Source: Candidatus Forterrea multitransposorum CG_2015-17_Forterrea_25_41 (lineage in GTDB: Archaea > Iainarchaeota > Iainarchaeia > Iainarchaeales > CSSED10-239). Taken from it: a DNA stretch of 64,000 nucleotides. Of this stretch, positions 56,498 through 64,000 are shown one piece after another; the first letter of the stretch is position 1, and the number at the start of each line of letters is the position of its first letter. The DNA is taken from NCBI GenBank assembly GCA_009392915.1, contig CP045477.1, positions 224,001-288,000 of the forward strand. Direction: 5' to 3'. Under the pieces are notes generated by a model that was not told where the DNA came from, made no database searches, and saw only the letters and a program-made list of their open reading frames with translations. Made by a program: the position numbers and the translations under genes.

Positions 56498-59167
56498 ATG
56501 GCTGAAACAGAACTTAAAAAACAAGTAAGACCAATGTTTGAAAAAAACTGGAAAGAACATTATCAAGTAGATGCTCTTGAAAAACTTGGTTATGAAAGAA
56601 AAGTTTGCAGGAAATGTAATAAACCTTTCTGGACAAACACAAACAGAGATACTTGTGCTGAATCTACTTGTGAAGAAAGAAGTTTTATTGGAAAAAAAAC
56701 AAAAGAATTTTCATATACACAGACCTGGAAAGAAATTGAAAAATTCTTTGAAAGTAAAGGACATACTTCAATACCAAGATACCCTGTTATACCAAGATGG
56801 AGAAATGATCTTTATTTTACAAATGCATCAATCATTGATTTTCAACCATATGTTGTTAATGGAGAAGTTAAACCTCCAGCAGACCCTTTAATAGTTCCAC
56901 AAACTTCAATAAGGTTTGGAGATATTACAAATGTTGGTGTTACTGGAACACATTATACAACTTTTGTAATGTTTGGTCAACATGCTTTTAATACAGATCC
57001 TAAAAAACCATACTGGAAAAACGAAGCTTTATCTCTAGATTTTGAATATTTAACAAAAGTTATTGGTGTTAAAGAAAAAGATTTAGTCTTCTTTGAAGAT
57101 GTTTGGGAAGGTGGAGGTTATTTTGGACCTTCAATGGAATATTATGCACATGGTGTTGAACTTGGTAATTGTGTTTTTATGCAATTTCAAGATCTTGGAA
57201 ATAAACAATATGATCAATTAAAAAGACCAATTATAGATATGGGTGCTGGTTTTGAAAGACTTGCATGGTATACAAATGGTACACCTACAAGTTATGATGT
57301 AACTTTTAAAGATTTATTAGATTATTTAAAAAAATATACAAAAGTTAAATTTGACGGAAAACTTTTAGAAAGATTTTATAAACTTTCAGGAGAATTAAAT
57401 ATTGATGAAATTTCAGATGTTGATAAAAAATATAATGAGATTTCAGAAAAACTAGGTTTTGATAAAAAAGAACTTCTAGAAAAACTTTCTCCTGTTCATG
57501 CTCTTTATGCTATATGTGATCATACTAAAACATTACTTTATACTTCAACTGATGGTTTATTACCTTCAAATTCAGGAGGAGGATATAATTTAAGGATATT
57601 AGCAAGAAGAGTTTTAGATTTAAATAAAGAATTTAATTTTAATTTAGATTTTGAAAAAATATTTGAAATACATGTAACTTCTTTAAAAGATTTTGATCCA
57701 ACTTTAAGAAATGGTTTAAAGACTGTTATTGATGTTTTTAGAGAAGAAGAAAAAAAATATATTGCAAGTAAAGAAAAAGCTGTTCAAAAAATAAATGCTT
57801 TTTCATCTTCTAAAAAACAATTAACAACAGAAGATCTTGTAACTTTATATAAAAGTGATGGAATTACAGCTGAACAAATAAAAGAAGTTTACAAAGATAT
57901 TGAAATTCCAACAGATTATTTTACAAAAATAACTTTAGATAATGCTCAAGAAAAAGCAAAACAAGAAAACTTCTTAGATAAGCTTTTAGAAAATGAAAAT
58001 AAAGAAATTATTAAAGCTTTAAAAAATACAGAAAAATTATACTATCAAGGAATTACAGAAGTTACTGCAAAAGTAATTTTTTCTTCTAAAAAATTTGTTA
58101 TTCTTGACAAAAGTGTTTTCTATCCTCAAGGTGGAGGACAAAACTATGATCATGGAACCATAAATGGTCTTTATGATGTTTCTGAAGTTTATAATTATGA
58201 AGGAAAAATATTAGTTGTTTTAGATAATTCTCAAAAAGAGTTAAATATTGGACAAAATGTAATCTGTTTAGTTGACAGAGAAAGACAAATACAACTTAGA
58301 TCTCAACATTCTTCAACACATCTTCTAAATGCTGCTGCAAGAAAAGTTTTAGGGAATCATATCTGGCAAGCAGGTGCTTTTAAAGACGTTTCTCAAGCTC
58401 ATTTAGATGTAACTCATTATAGAGCAATTACTGATGAAGAGATAAATGAAATTGAAAATCAAGTTAATGAATGGATTCTTGAAGGAATACCAATAAATAA
58501 TTATGAACTTTCAAAAGATGAAGCTGAGAAAAAATATGGCTTTAGACTTTACCAAGGTGGTGCAATTCCTGGGAATGTTTTAAGAATATTAGAGATTCAA
58601 GGAATAGATGTACAAGCATGTGCAGGTCTTCATTTAACAAACACATCTCAAGCTGGTATCTTTAAGATTATTAAAAGAACTTCTGTTCAAGATGGTGTTG
58701 AGAGAATAATTTTTACAACTTATAAATCTGCTTTAAAATATATTAAAGAAAATGAAAATATTTTAAATAACTCTTCTCAAGTTCTTTCAGTTTCAAGAGT
58801 TGAACTTGAAAAAACCATTAAAAATTTCTTTAAGGAATGGAAAGAACAAAGAAAAGAAATTGATTCTTTAAGAGAAAGAATTGCTGAATATGAAACCAAT
58901 AATGTTATTGAAACTTCTGAAAAGAAAGTAATTGCAAAGTTTAATTTAGATTCTATTGAAATTTTAAAAATCTTTAAAAAAGTTGGAAATGTTGAAAAAG
59001 CAAAAGATAAAACAATTGCTATATATAATAATAATGGTAATGTTTTTATCTATAAAGGACCAGATTCAAAAATTTCAATTGAAGAAGTAAAAACTGAACT
59101 TGAAGAAAAAATGAAAAGAAAAATAAAAGGAGGAGGAAATATCCTCTTCCAAGGTAAATTTATATAA
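56498..59167 (+). CDS. alaS: Alanyl-tRNA synthetase, archaeal type
   Basis: It has the archaeal N-terminal Cys cluster (RKCNKPFWTNTNRDTCAESTCEE), a class II core, an editing-domain HxxxH (QHSSTHLLNAAARKVLGNHIWQAGA) and a C-terminal domain. It is 889 aa. Confidence 0.9.
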   Translation: MAETELKKQVRPMFEKNWKEHYQVDALEKLGYERKVCRKCNKPFWTNTNRDTCAESTCEERSFIGKKTKEFSYTQTWKEIEKFFESKGHTSIPRYPVIPRWRNDLYFTNASIIDFQPYVVNGEVKPPADPLIVPQTSIRFGDITNVGVTGTHYTTFVMFGQHAFNTDPKKPYWKNEALSLDFEYLTKVIGVKEKDLVFFEDVWEGGGYFGPSMEYYAHGVELGNCVFMQFQDLGNKQYDQLKRPIIDMGAGFERLAWYTNGTPTSYDVTFKDLLDYLKKYTKVKFDGKLLERFYKLSGELNIDEISDVDKKYNEISEKLGFDKKELLEKLSPVHALYAICDHTKTLLYTSTDGLLPSNSGGGYNLRILARRVLDLNKEFNFNLDFEKIFEIHVTSLKDFDPTLRNGLKTVIDVFREEEKKYIASKEKAVQKINAFSSSKKQLTTEDLVTLYKSDGITAEQIKEVYKDIEIPTDYFTKITLDNAQEKAKQENFLDKLLENENKEIIKALKNTEKLYYQGITEVTAKVIFSSKKFVILDKSVFYPQGGGQNYDHGTINGLYDVSEVYNYEGKILVVLDNSQKELNIGQNVICLVDRERQIQLRSQHSSTHLLNAAARKVLGNHIWQAGAFKDVSQAHLDVTHYRAITDEEINEIENQVNEWILEGIPINNYELSKDEAEKKYGFRLYQGGAIPGNVLRILEIQGIDVQACAGLHLTNTSQAGIFKIIKRTSVQDGVERIIFTTYKSALKYIKENENILNNSSQVLSVSRVELEKTIKNFFKEWKEQRKEIDSLRERIAEYETNNVIETSEKKVIAKFNLDSIEILKIFKKVGNVEKAKDKTIAIYNNNGNVFIYKGPDSKISIEEVKTELEEKMKRKIKGGGNILFQGKFI

Positions 59168-59179
59168 AGTGAATAAAAA

Positions 59180-60307
59180 ATGAATTTTTTAAAAATAATC
59201 TCTTTTGTCTTAATTGGTTTAGTTGTTTTTTTAGTGGCATCTTCATATCTTGCAAATGATTCTTTTCAAGATGTAAAATCAGATACTTCTGATAAAATAG
59301 ATTCAACTATTGAAGATGTTAAAGATAATAATCTTTTTTCAAAACCAAAAGATGCATATGATTCTATAAAAAATAAAATTACCTTTGGTTCTTTTGATAG
59401 AAATATTTCAACTGAAGTATTTTTTTGTCCTGAAGAAGATTGTTTAACAGAACTTTTAGAGTTGATTTCTTCTTCTAAAAAAACAATTGATTGTGCGGTA
59501 TATGATGTTTCTCTTGAAACTGTAACTGATGCTTTAATTGAAAAATCAAATCAAGGTCTAGAAATAAGGTTTATTTCAGATTATGGAACTTCTCAAAATA
59601 AATCTTCAAATTTAGGATTATTAAAAGATTCAAATGTTACAGTTCTTACAAACTCTTCAGAATCTTCTTACATGCATAATAAATTTTGTGTTTTTGATGA
59701 AAAAATTGTTTTTGTAGGTTCAATGAATTTTACATTAAATGGAAATTATAAAAATAATAATAATGTTTTAATAATTGAAGATAAAGAAATTGCAAAAGAA
59801 TATACTAACAAAATAGATTCTTTTTTTAAAGGAGAATTTTCTCCAAAACCTAAAGAAGTTTATAATGTTAATAATTATGGTAATCTAGAAAATTATTTTT
59901 GTCCTGAAGATGATTGTTTATATCATCTTTTAAGATTTGCAAATGATGCTAATTATTCTATTGAATGTATGCTTTTTAGTTATACTTTAGATGATTTCTT
60001 TCAAGAAGTTGTTGATAAAAATATAGATCAGAGATATATTTTAGAGTCAAGAGGAATTAGTCAATATTCTAAATATAATGATCTTAAGAATAATTCCATT
60101 CCTGTTATTTTAGATCAAAACCCAAATAGTATGCATAATAAATTTTGTATTATTGATGATTATATTGTTTTAACTGGTTCTATGAACTATTCAAATAATG
60201 GTACTAAAAATAATGATGAAAGTTTTTTAGTAATACATGATTTTGAGATTGCTCAAGAATATAAAGATTATTTTAATGACTATTGGACATCTTGGAGTAA
60301 TAATTAA
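59180..60307 (+). CDS. Phospholipase D / HKD-superfamily protein with an N-terminal membrane anchor (two HxKx4D motifs)
   Basis: HNKFCVFDEKIVFVGSMNFTLNG and HNKFCIIDDYIVLTGSMNYSNNG are duplicated HKD motifs. The N-terminal TM is MNFLKIISFVLIGLVVFLVASSYL. Confidence 0.7.
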   Translation: MNFLKIISFVLIGLVVFLVASSYLANDSFQDVKSDTSDKIDSTIEDVKDNNLFSKPKDAYDSIKNKITFGSFDRNISTEVFFCPEEDCLTELLELISSSKKTIDCAVYDVSLETVTDALIEKSNQGLEIRFISDYGTSQNKSSNLGLLKDSNVTVLTNSSESSYMHNKFCVFDEKIVFVGSMNFTLNGNYKNNNNVLIIEDKEIAKEYTNKIDSFFKGEFSPKPKEVYNVNNYGNLENYFCPEDDCLYHLLRFANDANYSIECMLFSYTLDDFFQEVVDKNIDQRYILESRGISQYSKYNDLKNNSIPVILDQNPNSMHNKFCIIDDYIVLTGSMNYSNNGTKNNDESFLVIHDFEIAQEYKDYFNDYWTSWSNN

Positions 60308-60379
60308 AAATTTCTTTAAATTAATAATAAAAGAAATTTGTTTATAAACTTATTGCTTCTATATATATATTGTAGTAAA

Positions 60380-60453
60380 GGGGCTGTGGTGTAGCCTGGT
60401 TAGCATTTAAGCTTTGGGAGCTTACGACCCCCGTTCAAATCGGGGCAGTCCCA
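60380..60453 (+). tRNA. tRNA-Pro(TGG)
   Basis: GGGGCTG-TG-GTGT-AGCCTGGTTA-GCAT-T-TAAGC-TTTGGGA-GCTTA-CGAC-CCCCG-TTCAAAT-CGGGG-CAGTCCC-A. All stems are complementary (one G.U in the acceptor). The anticodon is TGG. Confidence 0.7.
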
Positions 60454-60484
60454 CTCTTTTACTAAACTTCTTTAATAGATTATT

Positions 60485-61447
60485 ATGGCTAAATCAAATT
60501 CTTTATCTAAAAATTTTTTAGTTGAAAATTTTAATCCAAGGTATAAAGAAAAGAAACCTACTTTTTCTTCAAGAACAATAAGCATATTATCTGAAGTTAA
60601 ATCTGAACAATTATTTTTAAGAAACTTTAAGCAAGCTAAAGAAGAATATTCAAAAATTAAAAAAGAATTAAATCCTGTTTTTGAAAAAAGAAAAAAAGAA
60701 AATCTTGCAAAATTTAATGATTATTTATCTCTTGAAAGAACTTCTGTAAAAAATCTTTTAGATTTTTTAAGTAATAATGATCAAAAGATTAGAAGAATAA
60801 AAAATATGATTGAAAGTAGAACTAAATATTCTTCTGATATTAAATTAAATAAAGCTCAACAATTTTATTTAAAATATTTAAATCTAATGTTAAGAAAAAG
60901 CGATCAATTACTTTATTATTTAAAAGAAATGAAAGCAATTCACAATCTTCCAAAAAGTAAAGAACTTCCTAAAAGATATTCTGATAAAATAGATGAACTT
61001 AAACTAAGATTAAAAAAAATGTCTCATAGAAAAAGATATTTATTAGAAGAAAAAGATTATTCTTTAAATTTTTTAAGTAATAATTTACCAAATCTTAAAT
61101 CTGATTATAAACTTAAAGCAGCTGGTGAAGGGAAAGAAATTATTAATGCTGAAAATCATCATGAATCACAAATTAAAAATATTGATTCACAATTAAGTGA
61201 TATTGAAACTAATACTTTAAGACTAAAAAAAAGAATTGAAGAATTAACAAAGCAAGGCCATGAAGAAAATCTTAGATCTTTTATTTCTCAAGAAAAAAAG
61301 AAGATTCCAGTTCTTAAAAAAAAATTTAAAGAAAAATTTCCTGATTTTATAACTCTTTATCAAATTTTCATGGAAGAAAGAAATAGTATTGAAGAAAAAT
61401 TTTATATTGACCTTTATCTTAATGGTAAGTTAAGTAATATTAAATAA
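60485..61447 (+). CDS. Hypothetical K-rich coiled-coil protein
   Basis: It is helical and charged throughout. I recognise no catalytic motifs. Confidence 0.35.
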   Translation: MAKSNSLSKNFLVENFNPRYKEKKPTFSSRTISILSEVKSEQLFLRNFKQAKEEYSKIKKELNPVFEKRKKENLAKFNDYLSLERTSVKNLLDFLSNNDQKIRRIKNMIESRTKYSSDIKLNKAQQFYLKYLNLMLRKSDQLLYYLKEMKAIHNLPKSKELPKRYSDKIDELKLRLKKMSHRKRYLLEEKDYSLNFLSNNLPNLKSDYKLKAAGEGKEIINAENHHESQIKNIDSQLSDIETNTLRLKKRIEELTKQGHEENLRSFISQEKKKIPVLKKKFKEKFPDFITLYQIFMEERNSIEEKFYIDLYLNGKLSNIK

Positions 61448-61526
61448 ATTTTAATTTTATATTATATAGTTTCTTTTTTAAATATATTGCCTTATATAAT
61501 ATATTACTTAAAATATGTGATTATAT

Positions 61527-62990
61527 ATGCCTTCAGATGAAAAATATAAAATAAAAGATTTAAACGAATGGTTTAATGATATTATCTTTAAAGCAGAACT
61601 TATTGATGTAAGATATAACTTAAAAGGTTTTACTGTATTTAGACCAAGATCTGTTTTTTCAATAAGTAAAATGTTTAGAATATATGAAGATAAGTTTAAT
61701 GAAACTGGTCATCAACAAGTAATGATGCCTGCATTAATACCTGAAGAAAATTTTTTAAAAGAATCAGATCATATTGAAGGCTTTACTCCTGAAGTTTTCT
61801 GGGTAACTAAACATGGAGATGAAGATTTTGAACAAAAGTATGCATTAAGACCAACTTCTGAAACTGCATTTTATTATATGTTTAAATATTGGGTACAAAG
61901 TTATAGAGACTTACCTTTAAAAACATATCAAAGAGCAAATGTTTTTAGATTTGATTCAAAAGCTACAAAACCATTTATTAGAGGTAGAGAATTTTACTGG
62001 TATGAATCTCATAATATTTTTGAAACTTTACAAGAAGCAGTAAATCAAGTTTATGAAGATATGCAAATAACAGAAGATATGCTTCATGAAGAATTTGGTA
62101 TACCATTTATTTTCTTTAAAAGACCACAATGGGATAAATTTCCAGGAGCTGTAGATACTTTTGCAGCAGATACTATTTTAGATAATGGAAGAATATTACA
62201 ACTTCCTTCAACACATCTTTTAGGAACTAAGTTTACTGAAACTTTTGATGTTAAGTTTAAAGATAAAGATGATGAAATGAAATATCCTTTTGGTACTTGT
62301 TATGGTCCTGCAATTTCAAGAATATATGGTGGAATGATTTGTGTTCATGGAGATTCTCTTGGTTTAAGAATACCTTTTGATTTAGCTCCTGTTCAAATAA
62401 TTTTAGTTCCTTTATATTTTAGTGATTTTGATAATACTAAATTAGAAGCATTTTGTTTAGATATAGCACAAGATTTAGATAAACTTGGATATAGAGTAAA
62501 AATAGATGATCAGACTTCAAAAACTCCAAAAGAAAGATTTTCAGAATATGAAATGAAAGGAATCCCTATAAGAATAGAAATTGGTCCAAAAGATATTTTT
62601 TCAGGAACAGTTGTAATCTTTAGAAGAGATTTAAATGAAAAGAAAAAAGTTGATGTTGCAGATATTTTTGATGAAATAAAACTTATTGAATCTGAGTTTA
62701 TAAATAATTTAAGATCTCAAGCAGATGAAGTTTTTGAAGAAAAAATTATAACTGTTAACAACATGGATGATTTAAAAGAAGTTATAGATGATAACCTTGT
62801 TGCAAGAGTACCATTTTGTTCAATAGATATGGATGGTAAAAATTGTTTTGAAGAACTTAAAGCAGAAACAAAAGGTGGAGACATTAGAGGAGTAAGGATG
62901 GATGTTAAAGAAGTTCCTGAAGAAAATGATGTTTGTGTTGTTTGTAAAAAGAAAGCTCAATCTATTGTGTATGTAGGTAAAAGTTATTAA
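61527..62990 (+). CDS. proS: Prolyl-tRNA synthetase, archaeal/eukaryotic type
   Basis: It has class II motifs (FRPRSVF, ALRPTSETAFYYMF, RGREFYWYESH), a C-terminal anticodon-binding domain and a Zn-binding domain (CVVCKKKA), and it ends in the conserved Tyr. Confidence 0.9.
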   Translation: MPSDEKYKIKDLNEWFNDIIFKAELIDVRYNLKGFTVFRPRSVFSISKMFRIYEDKFNETGHQQVMMPALIPEENFLKESDHIEGFTPEVFWVTKHGDEDFEQKYALRPTSETAFYYMFKYWVQSYRDLPLKTYQRANVFRFDSKATKPFIRGREFYWYESHNIFETLQEAVNQVYEDMQITEDMLHEEFGIPFIFFKRPQWDKFPGAVDTFAADTILDNGRILQLPSTHLLGTKFTETFDVKFKDKDDEMKYPFGTCYGPAISRIYGGMICVHGDSLGLRIPFDLAPVQIILVPLYFSDFDNTKLEAFCLDIAQDLDKLGYRVKIDDQTSKTPKERFSEYEMKGIPIRIEIGPKDIFSGTVVIFRRDLNEKKKVDVADIFDEIKLIESEFINNLRSQADEVFEEKIITVNNMDDLKEVIDDNLVARVPFCSIDMDGKNCFEELKAETKGGDIRGVRMDVKEVPEENDVCVVCKKKAQSIVYVGKSY

Positions 62991-63031
62991 TTTCTTTTAA
63001 AAAAGCTTTAATAATTAAAAGGTAAAATAAA

Positions 63032-64000
63032 ATGGAATTTAGTTTAGTATCTAAATATTTTCAAAGACTTGAAAAAACTTCAAGTCGTCTTGAAATGAGA
63101 AATATATTGTCAGAATTATTTTCTATTTGTTCTCTTGATCAAATATCTAAACTAATTTATTTTTGTCAAGGAAAGATTGGTCCAAAATATAAAGGTAAAG
63201 AAATAAATATTGGACAATCTACACTTATTGTAATTTTATCAAGATATCTTGGACATACTGTAAGCACAATTTCAGATAAATTTAAAGAACTTGGAGATTT
63301 AGGTTTAGTTGTTGAGAGCTTATCTTCAGGAAAAAAACAAGAAACTCTTTTTTTAAAAAAACAATCTTTTCTGCAAGTTTACTCTTCTTTTGAAAAAATG
63401 ACAGAGATTGATGGAAAGGGTGCAATTGATACAAAAATAAAAATATTTGAATCTATTCTTTATAATGCAGATAATCTTTCTGCTAAATATATAATAAGGT
63501 TTCCAATTTCCTTAAGATTAGGTTTTTCAGACTCAACAATTATTGATGCTTTATCCTTATTGGAAGAAGATGAAGAAAAACAAAAAGAAGCAAGAGATTT
63601 AATTTTAGAAAAATACAATTTAGTTTCTGATCTAGGACTTATTGCAAAACAATTTAAAGAAAATAAAACTCAAGGTATTAAAGAATTATCTGTTCAACCA
63701 TTAATTCCTTTAAAACCAGCTCTTTGTGAAAGATCAAAAGACTTAAATGAAATTTTTGAAAGACTTGGTAAAGATGGAGATTTTTTAATTGATTCAAAGA
63801 TTGATGGTTTTAGAATGCAAGTACATAAGCTTAATGATACAATTAAAATATATTCTAGAAATGAAGAAGATATAACTTCTATGTTTCCAGATATAACTTC
63901 TAATATTTTAAAAATCAAACATAATTTTATAATTGATTGTGAAGCAATAGGTTATGATCCTATTAATAAAAAATATCATGATTTTCAAGTAACAATGCAA
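63032..64000 (+). CDS. lig: ATP-dependent DNA ligase (5' part; the 3' end lies outside the window)
   Basis: The ORF is open from ATG 63032 to the window end (323 codons). It has an N-terminal DNA-binding domain and the adenylation motif I KIDGFRMQVHK. Confidence 0.8.
   Translation, partial: MEFSLVSKYFQRLEKTSSRLEMRNILSELFSICSLDQISKLIYFCQGKIGPKYKGKEINIGQSTLIVILSRYLGHTVSTISDKFKELGDLGLVVESLSSGKKQETLFLKKQSFLQVYSSFEKMTEIDGKGAIDTKIKIFESILYNADNLSAKYIIRFPISLRLGFSDSTIIDALSLLEEDEEKQKEARDLILEKYNLVSDLGLIAKQFKENKTQGIKELSVQPLIPLKPALCERSKDLNEIFERLGKDGDFLIDSKIDGFRMQVHKLNDTIKIYSRNEEDITSMFPDITSNILKIKHNFIIDCEAIGYDPINKKYHDFQVTMQ

Noticed and set aside
56571-56891. 106-aa + strand ORF in an alternative frame inside alaS
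   Set aside because: It lies completely inside the well-supported alaS reading frame and its composition is low-complexity, so it is a frame artefact.

Overview
This is a very AT-rich window (about 27% GC by eye), and every gene I can support lies on the + strand. Several markers indicate an archaeon. The alanyl-tRNA synthetase (56498..59167) has the archaeal-type zinc-finger N-terminus, and the prolyl-tRNA synthetase (61527..62990) is archaeal/eukaryal type ending in Tyr. The window ends in an ATP-dependent DNA ligase with the KIDGFR motif (63032..>64000). There is a tRNA-Trp interrupted by an intron of about 119 nt (2109..2301) and a tRNA-His with a genome-encoded G-1 (53200..53271). Oligo-T tracts follow many genes, as archaeal terminators do. 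Together with a bacterial-type HU protein (52508..52777) and a sparse metabolic gene set, this fits a reduced, possibly DPANN-like, archaeon. That taxon is my inference; I could not run any search. The flanks are housekeeping. Upstream of the central locus are a PEP synthase C-terminal fragment, LemA, tRNA-Trp, an MBL-fold beta-CASP hydrolase, HtpX, an RHH-like plus NurA-like gene pair, secreted proteins and a wHTH regulator. Downstream are tRNA-Arg, HU, a frameshifted AbrB-like gene, tRNA-His immediately upstream of hisS, an EgtD-like methyltransferase, alaS, a PLD/HKD-family protein, tRNA-Pro about 1 kb upstream of proS, and the lig 5' fragment. The centre is a co-directional array of about 43 kb (9363..52306). 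It encodes five paralogous giant proteins of 1867 to 2671 aa that are probably heavily N-glycosylated (2671, 2323, 1867, 2466 and 2147 aa). Each has a conserved cytoplasmic N-terminal motif (EDKYYxF ... DKxxPSF), a single transmembrane (TM) anchor, many CarboxypepD_reg/Ig-like beta-sandwich repeats, and one of two alternative C-terminal modules. The array also holds a 964-aa secreted stand-alone copy of one C-terminal module, a 559-aa protein with a type IV pilin-like class III signal peptide, an 809-aa Gly/Cys-rich beta-solenoid-like secreted protein, and small membrane proteins. I interpret the array as a candidate cell-surface attachment or host-interaction system that has not been described before. 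All functional calls are from reading the translations by eye and need HMM/BLAST or structure-based confirmation.
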